Positions 1 to 8,352 of a stretch of DNA of 46,775 nt are shown one piece after another. The position numbers and the translations under genes are program-made. The notes below the pieces were generated by a model that had not been told where the DNA came from, searched no databases, and saw only the letters and a list, made by a program, of their open reading frames with translations. This stretch comes from an uncultured Muribaculaceae bacterium (lineage in GTDB: Bacteria; Bacillota_I; Bacilli_A; RF39; UBA660), in the NCBI GenBank assembly GCA_964542235.1, contig CAZITT010000001.1, positions 1 to 46,775 of the forward strand. Reading direction: 5' to 3'. Within the stretch, counting starts at the first letter, position 1; each line of letters opens with the position of its first letter.

Positions 1-53
1 AACTCCCACTATAACCTTGGGAAGGTCATGTTCTACCATTAAACTATATCTGC
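1..53 (-). tRNA. tRNA-Gly (anticodon CCC), 3' portion cut off by the window edge
   Basis: Reverse complement of 1-53 reads GCAGATA-TA-GTTT-AATGGTA-GAAC-A-TGACC-TTCCCAA-GGTTA-TAGT-GGGAGTT. This gives the acceptor 5' arm, D arm, anticodon stem TGACC/GGTTA with loop TTCCCAA (CCC), and the start of the T arm. The rest lies left of position 1. Confidence 0.7.
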
Positions 54-122
54 AAATATTAATTATATTGATATTATAACATTACTTTAATAATTTTAAA
101 AATATTTATTTAAATATCTAGG

Positions 123-150
123 TTGATTAAATAAATAAATATGATATAAT
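123..150 (+). promoter_or_regulatory. sigma-A type promoter for the lipoprotein gene
   Basis: TTGATT (123-128), 16 nt spacer, then extended -10 TGaTATAAT (142-150). A GGAAAGGAG ribosome-binding site follows at 164-172, ahead of the ATG at 181. Confidence 0.5.
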
Positions 151-180
151 GATTTATATGATAGGAAAGGAGATTTATAA

Positions 181-642
181 ATGATGAAACTTAAAAATAT
201 TTTCTTTATTTCAATACTAGTTTTATTTTCATTTATGCTTACTGGTTGTAATGAAAAAGAAAAATTAACAACTGGCAATTTTAAAACTAAAATGGAGGAA
301 CAAGGCTATATTGTAACTGATGCAACTAATCAATTTGATACTACTACCATTGATACAGTATATATTGGAGTAAAAAATAATTATCAAATTGAGTTTTATA
401 CCGTTCCAACTGATTCTCAAGCTATAACAGCTTTTGAACAAAATAAAACTAATTTTCAAGTAAATAAAACTGATACAAGTATTGAAACTTCATCTAGTAA
501 GGATAATTATGCAAAATATACATTAGAAACTGATACAACATACTATATTACATCTAGAGTTAATAATACTTATATATTTGTAAAAACTGACAAACAAAAT
601 AAAAGTGATGTTGATGAAACTTTAAAAAATTTGGGTTATTAA
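181..642 (+). CDS. small secreted lipoprotein, function unknown
   Basis: N-terminus MMKLKNIFFISILVLFSFMLTGC has a signal peptide and an L-T-G-C lipobox. Strong RBS; the rest of the protein is hydrophilic. Confidence 0.7.
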   Translation: MMKLKNIFFISILVLFSFMLTGCNEKEKLTTGNFKTKMEEQGYIVTDATNQFDTTTIDTVYIGVKNNYQIEFYTVPTDSQAITAFEQNKTNFQVNKTDTSIETSSSKDNYAKYTLETDTTYYITSRVNNTYIFVKTDKQNKSDVDETLKNLGY

Positions 643-666
643 AAGATAAAAATTTTATCTTTTTTT
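641..666 (+). terminator. weak AU-rich intrinsic terminator
   Basis: Inverted repeat aaaagataaa / tttatctttt (641-650 pairs with 654-663) followed by a T run. It overlaps the TAA stop. There is only one G-C pair, so it is weak. Confidence 0.35.
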
Positions 667-667
667 A

Positions 668-676
668 TGTTATAAT
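668..676 (+). promoter_or_regulatory. extended -10 promoter element upstream of the yfhO-like gene
   Basis: TGtTATAAT at 668-676; RBS AGGTGG at 684-689; ATG at 694. No convincing -35 element. Confidence 0.4.
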
Positions 677-693
677 TTAACATAGGTGGTTGT

Positions 694-3267
694 ATGAAAT
701 CCAAAATAATTAATTTTTTAAAAATATATAAATTATATATTATTTGCCTTATAATAACAACATTTTTAGTTTCCTTAATATATATAATTAAAGGAGTTAC
801 TCCTTTTGGTAAAAATTCTTTATTAATTATTGATTTTTATCATCAATACGGCCCTTTATTTGGTGAATTATATGATAGAATAATTAATAAGTTAAACGTT
901 TTATATTCTTTTAATTTATCACTAGGCTTACCTTTTTTTAGAAATTTTTTAAATTGCTTATCTAGTCCATTTAGTATAATTATTTTTTTGTTTAATAAAA
1001 CTCAGCTGATAACTTCTCTTTCTTTAATAATCGGTTTAAAAATAATATTTTCTTGTGCTACTATGACTTATTATTTGTCAAAAAAAATTAATACTAAAAA
1101 TATTTATTTGGTATTATTTGGACTATTATATGCTTTCTCTTCTTATTTTATTGCTTATTACTGGAATATTATGTATCTTGATGGATTAGTGTTTTTTCCT
1201 CTTATAATTTTAGGAATAGAAAGATTAATTGATGAAAATAATTATATGTTATATATAGTTAGTCTGCTAACAATGATTGTTGCTAATTATTACATAGCTT
1301 ATATGATATCTATATTTTCTTGTTTATATTTTTTAGCTTATTATGCTTTAAAAACTTTATCTTTTAATGTTAAATATTTTCTAAAATACTTGGGTAAATT
1401 TATTATGTATTCTTTTATAGCAGCTGGAATAGCAGGATTATTTTTAATACCTTTAATCTATAGTTTTCATTCAATAAGTGCTACTGGTAGCAGTTGGCCT
1501 ACATCTCAATATTATTTATTTAGTTTGAAAGAATTTATAATTGGCCTTTTTTCTAATGTTAAATATACTATTTTTGCTAGTGGTATTACTAATGCTCCTA
1601 ATATTGGTTGTGGTGTTTTAATTTTATATTTATCTATTTTATTTTTTGCTAATCCTAAAATAAAATTAAAAGAAAAAATAATATATTTATCTATTTTAGC
1701 AATATTAACATTATCTTTTGCTATCGCTCAAGTAGATTATGTTTGGCATGGATTTCATGTTCCTAATGATGTTCCTTATCGCTACTCTTTTATATATTCA
1801 TTTATCCTAATCGTATTAGCTACTATTTCTTTATTTAAAATAAAATATGTAAAATATATATATATATTAGGAAATTATATAGTAATTAGTGTGATAGCAA
1901 TTATAATATATCTAACTAAAAATATTAATTTTTCGGACAATACTTTAATTATTAATTTAGTATTATTATCACTTTATTTTCTTTTTATAACAATTTATGT
2001 TTATTATCCTAAACTAAAAAAAATAATATTTATATTATTTTTGATAACAGTTAGTGGTGAAATTTTTATTAATATTAATAAAAACTGGACATATTTATAT
2101 GAAAAAAATCAATTCTACGATCAATATGATGTAATTACTAAAACTCTTAATAAAATAAAGGAAAATAACAAATCAATGTATCGTATAGAACAAGTATATT
2201 TTAATTCTTATAATGATCCATCGTGGTACAATTATTATGGTCAAATGGGCTTTAGCTCAATGATATATGAAAATCTTGCTTATTTAGAGTATAGCTTAGG
2301 AATGCCCTCTAATGAAATAAACAGTTTTAATTATAAACAAACAACTCCTATTCATGATTTAATGTTTAATATTAAATACTTTATTGGCGATAATTTTGAT
2401 AATTTAAATTATGAATTATATTTCGAAAATGAATATCTAACTGTTAATAAAAATAATTATAATGTTGGTTTAATGTTTGGTGTTAATAAAGATATATTAA
2501 ATTGGAACTATGACTTAGAAAATCCTTTCTTAATTCAAAACGATTTTATAGATAAAGCAACTGGTATCAAAGATATTTTATATAAATTAAAAGTTGCCAA
2601 TGAAATAGTAGCATTTCAATCTGATGATGAAATTATTATTAAATATGAAATTGATAATATTAATAAAAATATGTATATTTATAACAATGATTATAATGTA
2701 AACTACTTCATTATAGATAATGTCTTATATCAAAAGTATGATGATGAAGACATCACTATTATAGAAAAAAATTTAGATATAGAAATAAAAGAAATTAAAG
2801 ATTATGAAGATAAATATGTAATTAGTTCTATTCCTAAAGAAAGAACTACCATATATGTATCATATAATAATTATGAAAAAAACTCTCTTTTAGTTTATTC
2901 TCTTGATAATAATAAATTAAAAGAAGCTTATAATATCTTAAATAGTAATGCTTTTAAAATAGCTGACTTTAAAGAAAATCATATTAAAGGAAATATAAAT
3001 ATTGATAAAGAAATGGTTTTATATACTTCCATTCCTTATGATCAAGGATGGGAAGTATATATTGATGGCAAAAAAGTTAATACATATGCTATTGGTAATG
3101 CTCTTTTGGGATTTAATATCTCAAAAGGAAACCATCAAGTAGAATTAAAATACTATCCTAAAGGTTTAAATTTAGGGATAGCTATTTCAATTATATCTAC
3201 ATTAACATTAACTGTTTATTATGTAATTAATAGGAAAAAATACAATAAAGAAAGAATCTTGAATTAA
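694..3267 (+). CDS. yfhO: YfhO-family polytopic membrane glycosyltransferase (GT-C like)
   Basis: 857 aa. The N-terminus (GVTPFGKNSLLIIDFYHQYGPLFGEL) is typical of YfhO. More than 10 predicted TM segments are followed by a large extracytoplasmic domain and a final C-terminal TM. Confidence 0.85.
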   Translation: MKSKIINFLKIYKLYIICLIITTFLVSLIYIIKGVTPFGKNSLLIIDFYHQYGPLFGELYDRIINKLNVLYSFNLSLGLPFFRNFLNCLSSPFSIIIFLFNKTQLITSLSLIIGLKIIFSCATMTYYLSKKINTKNIYLVLFGLLYAFSSYFIAYYWNIMYLDGLVFFPLIILGIERLIDENNYMLYIVSLLTMIVANYYIAYMISIFSCLYFLAYYALKTLSFNVKYFLKYLGKFIMYSFIAAGIAGLFLIPLIYSFHSISATGSSWPTSQYYLFSLKEFIIGLFSNVKYTIFASGITNAPNIGCGVLILYLSILFFANPKIKLKEKIIYLSILAILTLSFAIAQVDYVWHGFHVPNDVPYRYSFIYSFILIVLATISLFKIKYVKYIYILGNYIVISVIAIIIYLTKNINFSDNTLIINLVLLSLYFLFITIYVYYPKLKKIIFILFLITVSGEIFININKNWTYLYEKNQFYDQYDVITKTLNKIKENNKSMYRIEQVYFNSYNDPSWYNYYGQMGFSSMIYENLAYLEYSLGMPSNEINSFNYKQTTPIHDLMFNIKYFIGDNFDNLNYELYFENEYLTVNKNNYNVGLMFGVNKDILNWNYDLENPFLIQNDFIDKATGIKDILYKLKVANEIVAFQSDDEIIIKYEIDNINKNMYIYNNDYNVNYFIIDNVLYQKYDDEDITIIEKNLDIEIKEIKDYEDKYVISSIPKERTTIYVSYNNYEKNSLLVYSLDNNKLKEAYNILNSNAFKIADFKENHIKGNINIDKEMVLYTSIPYDQGWEVYIDGKKVNTYAIGNALLGFNISKGNHQVELKYYPKGLNLGIAISIISTLTLTVYYVINRKKYNKERILN

Positions 3268-3288
3268 AATATTCAAGATTCTTTTTAA
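3252..3288 (+). terminator. rho-independent terminator of the yfhO-like gene
   Basis: 13 bp perfect stem aagaatcttgaat (3252-3264) / attcaagattctt (3271-3283). The loop taaaat contains the stop codon. The stem is followed by TTT. Confidence 0.6.
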
Positions 3289-3289
3289 T

Positions 3290-3325
3290 ATATATTATGT
3301 GGGCGGTGGGCGGCACATAATATAT
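3290..3325. other. 12 bp perfect hairpin with a 12 nt G-rich loop (GGCGGTGGGCGG)
   Basis: atatattatgtg (3290-3301) is the exact reverse complement of cacataatatat (3314-3325). The loop at 3302-3313 is almost pure G/C within an otherwise AT-rich intergenic region. Confidence 0.6.
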
Positions 3326-3328
3326 CGA

Positions 3329-3364
3329 AATTAAATTGTAAGTTATGAAACTTACAATTTAATT
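3329..3364 (-). terminator. 15 bp hairpin, probable terminator for the convergent thioredoxin-like operon
   Basis: aattaaattgtaagt (3329-3343) pairs with acttacaatttaatt (3350-3364) around a 6 nt loop. It lies 44 nt downstream of the minus-strand stop at 3408. The trailing U tract on the minus strand is poor. Confidence 0.4.
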
Positions 3365-3407
3365 ATATCATTATTTTTTTAAATATCAATATTTATATTA
3401 CTAATTT

Positions 3408-3872
3408 TTAACAATTGTTAGTGCAAATAATATCATCATATACTTTATTAACTAATGAAATAACGTTTAATTCATTAATATTAGTTATTACTTCAATAAT
3501 TTTACCATTTTTTAATCCTATCAATACTGGATACGTAAGTTTATAATTTAAAAGTTGTGCTAGATAATTATCTCTTTGGTAATCCTTTGCTAAAAAATAC
3601 GCTAATCCAATTTCATTTTGGTTTAGTATTTTATATAAAACAGTTGCTTCAATAACATCTTTTTTTTCAGCAATAAATATTAAGCCATTGGATTTATTTT
3701 TTATTAGCATTTTTATATCATTTCCTTCTACTGTTTTAAATATATCATTTTTAATATTGTAATATTTATTAAATAAATCTTGATCATTTTTATTTATCAT
3801 ATATATCAAAAAAATTACCGATATTAAAAAAAATGCTAAAATTATTATGGATCTAACTAGCCATTTTTGCAT
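3408..3872 (-). CDS. membrane-anchored thioredoxin-fold-like protein lacking a CXXC motif
   Basis: I prefer the ATG at 3872, preceded by GAGGAG 4 nt upstream, over the TTG at 3884 used by the ORF track. One N-terminal TM. Domain size and position resemble the upstream thioredoxin-like paralogue but without the redox motif. The protein ends in C-T-N-N-C. Confidence 0.4.
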   Translation of the reverse strand: MQKWLVRSIIILAFFLISVIFLIYMINKNDQDLFNKYYNIKNDIFKTVEGNDIKMLIKNKSNGLIFIAEKKDVIEATVLYKILNQNEIGLAYFLAKDYQRDNYLAQLLNYKLTYPVLIGLKNGKIIEVITNINELNVISLVNKVYDDIICTNNC

Positions 3873-4503
3873 AAGACTCCTCAATTAAATCATACATTTC
3901 TTCTACTTCATTATTTTGCAAATATTTATGTTTAAACCCATGTATATAAGAAACTACTTTACCATTTTTTACAAAGAAAATCATTGGTTGAACAACGCCA
4001 TGTTTAGTTTTATCAAAGTCTTTATCCGCTTCATTTTGAGTATAAGTATCAACTGGCAAAACATCATATAATTTTGCTACCAAAGTTTGATAATTTTCAT
4101 TATTCTCATTTCTATCAGGTACAACATTATAATAATAAACATTCTTATTAATATCATTAGTGAAATTTATCAATATCGGAGTAAATAAACGACACCATGG
4201 ACAAGTTGCTCTACTAAAATATAAAATGCCTGTTCCATTATTTAACAAATCCATTACTTCGTCAAAATTTAAAGCTACCATATTATTGTCAAGATCAATG
4301 GTTACTGTTGACCACTCATACTCTACTCCATTATAGGTATATTTAGTTCCATTTAATGATTCATAATCATTTTTGACAGTTATAGCATCATTATCAGTTT
4401 GCTCTTTAAATGTATAATTATTATTTTTTAAAATAAAATATCCTTTTATTCCTACTGCTACTAAGATAATTAATATTATAATTATTAAAATATTTTTTCT
4501 CAT
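3853..4503 (-). CDS. membrane-anchored thioredoxin-family protein (extracytoplasmic thiol-disulfide oxidoreductase type)
   Basis: N-terminal TM anchor. Contains the thioredoxin-like active-site context YFSRATCPWCRLF (C-P-W-C). Confidence 0.7.
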   Translation of the reverse strand: MRKNILIIIILIILVAVGIKGYFILKNNNYTFKEQTDNDAITVKNDYESLNGTKYTYNGVEYEWSTVTIDLDNNMVALNFDEVMDLLNNGTGILYFSRATCPWCRLFTPILINFTNDINKNVYYYNVVPDRNENNENYQTLVAKLYDVLPVDTYTQNEADKDFDKTKHGVVQPMIFFVKNGKVVSYIHGFKHKYLQNNEVEEMYDLIEESYAKMAS

Positions 4504-4626
4504 TTACGTCGCCTACCTATTCTATTATTTATTTTATCATAATTTATTAAATTAATAAATTATATTTTTATTTCACCTTATAAAAAATTGTTATATAATT
4601 ACTAATATAAGGAAAGTGGTATAAAT

Positions 4627-5133
4627 ATGGCAGATAATTTCGATAAATTAGTCAATAAAATAAAAAAATGTGATTATTGTAAAAATAAATTTGGTTTTAC
4701 GCCTCATCCTATATTTTTAGGAAATGAACATTCTAAAATTGTTCAAATTAGCCAAGCCCCATCAGCAAATGTCCATAAAACATTAAAACCATTTAATGAT
4801 ATGAGTGGTAAAAAATTAAAATATCAGTGGTATAAAATAAGTGATGAAATATTTTATAACCCCGATAATTTTTATATTGCTGCTTTGGCTCATTGCTATC
4901 CTGGTAAAGATAAAAATGGCAATGACAAGATGCCACCCAAAATATGTTATGAACTTTGGATAAAAAAAGAATTAGAATTTATAAATAATCAATTATATAT
5001 CATAATTGGAGCAAAAGCGGCAAAATTATTTTTTCCAAAAGAAAATTTTAATGATTTAGTATTTAAAAATAATTATATTAATAATAAATTAACAATTGTA
5101 TTACCACATCCATCTCCTCTTAATATTAGATAG
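4627..5133 (+). CDS. uracil-DNA glycosylase superfamily protein, apparently truncated by an in-frame TAG
   Basis: Motifs VQISQAPS (GQAPG-like), HCYPG and a C-terminal LPHPSPLN. The frame stays open for 29 more codons after the TAG at 5131, up to the TAG at 5221 (see findings). Confidence 0.65.
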   Translation: MADNFDKLVNKIKKCDYCKNKFGFTPHPIFLGNEHSKIVQISQAPSANVHKTLKPFNDMSGKKLKYQWYKISDEIFYNPDNFYIAALAHCYPGKDKNGNDKMPPKICYELWIKKELEFINNQLYIIIGAKAAKLFFPKENFNDLVFKNNYINNKLTIVLPHPSPLNIR

Positions 5134-5226
5134 TTTAAAGAACATCCCAAATTTATTAATAAAAGAATAAGAGAAATAAGAAAAATTATATATGAAATTT
5201 TAAATTTAGAAAAAATGAAATAGCAT

Positions 5227-5257
5227 AAAAAACTCAAGAAAAAAATCTTGAGTTTTA
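5227..5257. terminator. bidirectional rho-independent terminator
   Basis: Stem actcaaga (5232-5239) / tcttgagt (5246-5253) is flanked by an A run on the left and a T run on the right. It sits between convergent genes. Confidence 0.65.
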
Positions 5258-5330
5258 AAATTCAAAAAATTTAGAGGAGAAACAAAATGGATTACCAAAT
5301 TTTTATTTATTCATATTATATTTTATTCTA

Positions 5331-5831
5331 TTACTTTATACTTTCTAAGTATCTATTTAAACTCTTTCTGTTTTTAAATATAAGTACTTTCTCGCTTTTC
5401 TCTTTCTTTAATAAATCTAAGTATAGAAGTCTTTTAGATTTATTAAACTTTGCAACGAATTTTAAAAATGAAGGATTTATTTTTTCTTTACATCCAGGTA
5501 TTCCTACCACTTCCTTATTTAAATTCATAATCATTCTTTTTAATACTCCTCTAAATTGGGCAAATAATGAATAATCTAAAAATATTATTGTATCAGATCT
5601 TTTAAATTGTTTTTCTAAAGATCTTGTGAAATTTCCATCAATTATCCACTCATCTTCCTTTATATACTTCAATAGAATTTCATATCGTTCAGATATATCT
5701 CTCTTTTTCCAGTTTTCAAGGTATTTTATACCATCAATATGATACACAGGTAAGCTTAATATTTCGCCTAATTTAATTGCAAGTGTTGTTTTACCAGTTC
5801 CTCCACCACCAATAATTGAAATTCTTTTCAT
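5331..5831 (-). CDS. P-loop NTPase, adenylate-kinase-like / DNA topology modulation (FlaR-like) protein
   Basis: Walker A motif IIGGGGTGKTT near the N-terminus, then LPVYHIDG and WIIDGNF, typical of the FlaR/AAA33-like family. I prefer the ATG at 5831 (GGAG upstream) over the GTG at 5840. Confidence 0.75.
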   Translation of the reverse strand: MKRISIIGGGGTGKTTLAIKLGEILSLPVYHIDGIKYLENWKKRDISERYEILLKYIKEDEWIIDGNFTRSLEKQFKRSDTIIFLDYSLFAQFRGVLKRMIMNLNKEVVGIPGCKEKINPSFLKFVAKFNKSKRLLYLDLLKKEKSEKVLIFKNRKSLNRYLESIK

Positions 5832-5919
5832 AGTATTCACTCCGTTTTCTTACCTAAAATTATATCATTATTTCAAAAAAAGAGTTCCCATTATTTAGAA
5901 ATCTCTTCTGTCTCAATTT

Positions 5920-5993
5920 TGGAGGGGCTAACCAGATTTGAACTGGTGCTCAAGGTTTTGCAGACCCATGCCTTACCGCTTGGCTATAGCCCC
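5920..5993 (-). tRNA. tRNA-Cys (GCA), CCA encoded
   Basis: Reverse complement reads GGGGCTATAGCCAAGCGGTAAGGCATGGGTCTGCAAAACCTTGAGCACCAGTTCAAATCTGGTTAGCCCCTCCA. Acceptor stem is GGGGCTA/TAGCCCC, the anticodon loop is CTGCAAA, and the T loop is TTCAAAT. Confidence 0.9.
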
Positions 5994-6007
5994 AAATTGA
6001 TAAACTT

Positions 6008-6036
6008 ATTATAACATTACTTAATCTATCGTTCAA
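6008..6036 (-). promoter_or_regulatory. sigma-A promoter driving tRNA-Cys
   Basis: On the minus strand: TTGAAC (6036-6031), 17 nt spacer, then TGtTATAAT with TATAAT at 6013-6008. This is about 15 nt upstream of the mature tRNA 5' end. Confidence 0.6.
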
Positions 6037-6117
6037 TATTTTTTACATTAATTATGTAAAATTTAGTGTCATTAATATATTTTATCATTATATTTAAGTA
6101 TACTTAAAATATTGGTG

Positions 6118-6126
6118 TGATATAAT
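6118..6126 (+). promoter_or_regulatory. extended -10 element upstream of the autolysin gene
   Basis: TGaTATAAT at 6118-6126; RBS AAAGGAGG at 6152-6159; ATG at 6165. Confidence 0.4.
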
Positions 6127-6164
6127 ACTATTATATAATATGCAATGAATAAAAAGGAGGATTT

Positions 6165-8342
6165 ATGAGAAAAATAATAAAATTTTTTATGATAATTTCT
6201 TTACTGTTATCTTTTTTAATTAATCCTCTTGTAATAAATGCAGCAAGTTCTACAATTGGTACAGCAACAGGAATTGTTAGCGTTAAAGATGGTCCTGGTG
6301 ATAATTATAATACAGTAGCTACTTTATCTAGAGGAAGAAGTTTTACTTTAGTGAGCAATGAAAAATATACTAGCGCTAGTGGTTGTGCTGCTAATTGGTA
6401 TAAAATTTATTATAATGGTATTGAAAGATATATTTGTAGTTCTTATGTTAATTTATCTAATTCTACTATTAATTATTTCACTACAAACTTATGGGAAGCT
6501 AGAAGTATTTCCAGTTCTTTAAATGTTAGAGAAAAAGCAAATAGTTCAAGTAAATTCATTGAATCAATTGGATTTGGTACTCAATTAACGATTTTAGAAG
6601 AAGCAGCAAAGGGTAATGGCTGTGATGATAAATGGTTTAAAATATCATATTATAACAATAAAACAGGTTATATATGTTCTACTTTTGTTGCAAAATATCA
6701 AGATGTTACTACTAATAATGAGGAATATAATCAAGTTTTAGAAGCAGCTGGATTTCCTAAATCCTATTGGCCATATCTTTCATATCTACACAGTAAACAT
6801 CCAAACTGGACATTTGTTGCTATACCTACCAATTTGCATTTTAAAGATGTAATTGATGGTGAAGAAGGAAATAATTATATCCAAACTAGCCTTGATGCAT
6901 ATAGAACATCATCTACTCCAGTTGAAGGTTCATCATGGTATCGAGCAACTAATAGTGTTATTGCTTTTTATCTTGATCCTAGAAACTTTTTATTTGAAAA
7001 TTCAATATTTATGTTTGAAAATTTAGGATATGATGCCGAAAATCATACTAAAGAAGTTGTTAAATCTGTATTTGGAAGTGGTTCTTTAGCAGGTGATGTT
7101 TATGTTGATGCATTTTTAAGTGCTGGTGCTAAATATAAAATAAGTCCTATTCATCTTGCTAGTCGTGTTAAACAAGAAGTAGGTATTAATGGTAATCAAG
7201 CTACTAGTGGGAGTAATTTTATTTGGAACGGATCCACCTATTCTGGATTTTATAATTTTTTTAATATCGGAGCTTATGGAACTAACCCATTAACAAGAGG
7301 TTTAGCTTATGCAGCCGGATTACTTGGAAATACTGGAAATGAACTGCCATGGAATACAATTGAAAAATCAATTAATGGTGGAGCTTCTTTTCTTGCTAAT
7401 GGCTATACTTCTCAAGGTCAATATACATTATACTTACAAAAATTTAATGTCGCTCCTAATGCAACATATTCCAGATATACTCATCAATATATGACTAATG
7501 TTAATGCTCCTACTGCTGAAGGGATATCAACTTACAAATCATATAGTGACCAAAATTTATTAGATGTTGGATTTGTCTTTTCAATTCCAGTATATAAATC
7601 TATGCCTGAAGATGCTACTACTTTACCATCTATTGGTAATACTAATAATGATTTAGTAGATATAAAAATAGATGGATTATCTTTAAAGAACTTTGATAAA
7701 GATGTAATCAGTTATGATTATGAAGTATCAGAGGATTTAACTAAAGTTAATTTATCCGCTACACCATCAACAAGTTTAAGCACTGTTCAACTAGATAATG
7801 AAGTAGTTTTAACAACCACAACTACTTCTACTAATATTACAGTAGTTTCTGAATCAGGGCTTTCTAAAACTTATACAATTAATATAACAAAAGTGCCTAA
7901 TTCAGAATTAACTATTGAAAAACAATTATCTTATTTAGGCTTAAAAGTTATTGATAGCAATTTAACAAGTATTAGTGCTTTAACAACATCTAATAATTTA
8001 AGTAATCAAATATTGAGCAAAATGCCTACCGCAACTGTTAATATTACTTTTAATGGCGATAAATTAAGTCCTACTGATAATTTAACAACTGGAAGTATTA
8101 TTACTATTACTAATAATGGCGAATCAATTAAAACTTATAATATAGTTATTAAGGGTGATACAAGTGGTGACGGCAAAATTTCCATTCTTGATTTATTGCA
8201 AACTCAAAAGCATATATTAAAAACTACATTATTAACTGGAACAAATTCTGTTGCAGGGGATGCAAATTATGATAATAAAATAACTATTCTTGATCTATTA
8301 TTAATTCAAAAACATATATTAGGCTTTACTAAAATAAAATAA
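6165..8342 (+). CDS. secreted peptidoglycan hydrolase: two SH3b-like domains, a GH73-type N-acetylglucosaminidase, cadherin-like beta-sandwich domain(s) and a C-terminal dockerin
   Basis: Signal peptide ends INAASS. Two SH3-like repeats (VKDGPGDNYNTVATLSRGRSFTL; LNVREKANSSSKFIESIGFGTQLTIL). Glucosaminidase motif SPIHLASRVKQEVG. Cadherin-like module LVDIKIDGLSLKNFDKDVISYDYEV...KTYTINITK. The last 62 aa hold two dockerin Ca-binding repeats, GDTSGDGKISILDLLQTQKHIL and GDANYDNKITILDLLLIQKHIL (DNA 8154-8339). Confidence 0.8.
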   Translation: MRKIIKFFMIISLLLSFLINPLVINAASSTIGTATGIVSVKDGPGDNYNTVATLSRGRSFTLVSNEKYTSASGCAANWYKIYYNGIERYICSSYVNLSNSTINYFTTNLWEARSISSSLNVREKANSSSKFIESIGFGTQLTILEEAAKGNGCDDKWFKISYYNNKTGYICSTFVAKYQDVTTNNEEYNQVLEAAGFPKSYWPYLSYLHSKHPNWTFVAIPTNLHFKDVIDGEEGNNYIQTSLDAYRTSSTPVEGSSWYRATNSVIAFYLDPRNFLFENSIFMFENLGYDAENHTKEVVKSVFGSGSLAGDVYVDAFLSAGAKYKISPIHLASRVKQEVGINGNQATSGSNFIWNGSTYSGFYNFFNIGAYGTNPLTRGLAYAAGLLGNTGNELPWNTIEKSINGGASFLANGYTSQGQYTLYLQKFNVAPNATYSRYTHQYMTNVNAPTAEGISTYKSYSDQNLLDVGFVFSIPVYKSMPEDATTLPSIGNTNNDLVDIKIDGLSLKNFDKDVISYDYEVSEDLTKVNLSATPSTSLSTVQLDNEVVLTTTTTSTNITVVSESGLSKTYTINITKVPNSELTIEKQLSYLGLKVIDSNLTSISALTTSNNLSNQILSKMPTATVNITFNGDKLSPTDNLTTGSIITITNNGESIKTYNIVIKGDTSGDGKISILDLLQTQKHILKTTLLTGTNSVAGDANYDNKITILDLLLIQKHILGFTKIK

Positions 8343-8352
8343 AGAGGTACTT

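Noticed and set aside
5131-5133. TAG reassigned as a sense codon genome-wide
   Set aside because: recU (stop at 13923-13925), nth (stop at 9714-9716) and gtrA (stop at 27238-27240) all end in TAG at positions matching normal family C-termini and followed by the next gene's signals. TAG is therefore an ordinary stop here, and the UDG case is local.
5287-5574. 95 aa plus-strand ORF from the track
   Set aside because: It lies antisense to the well-supported P-loop ATPase gene (5331-5831). It is a low-complexity F/L/I/Y-rich translation typical of antisense AT-rich coding DNA, with no RBS and no recognisable motif.
5642-5650. DnaA-box-like TTATCCACT
   Set aside because: It is a single 8/9 match inside a coding region, with no cluster of boxes and no AT-rich unwinding element or dnaA/dnaN context.
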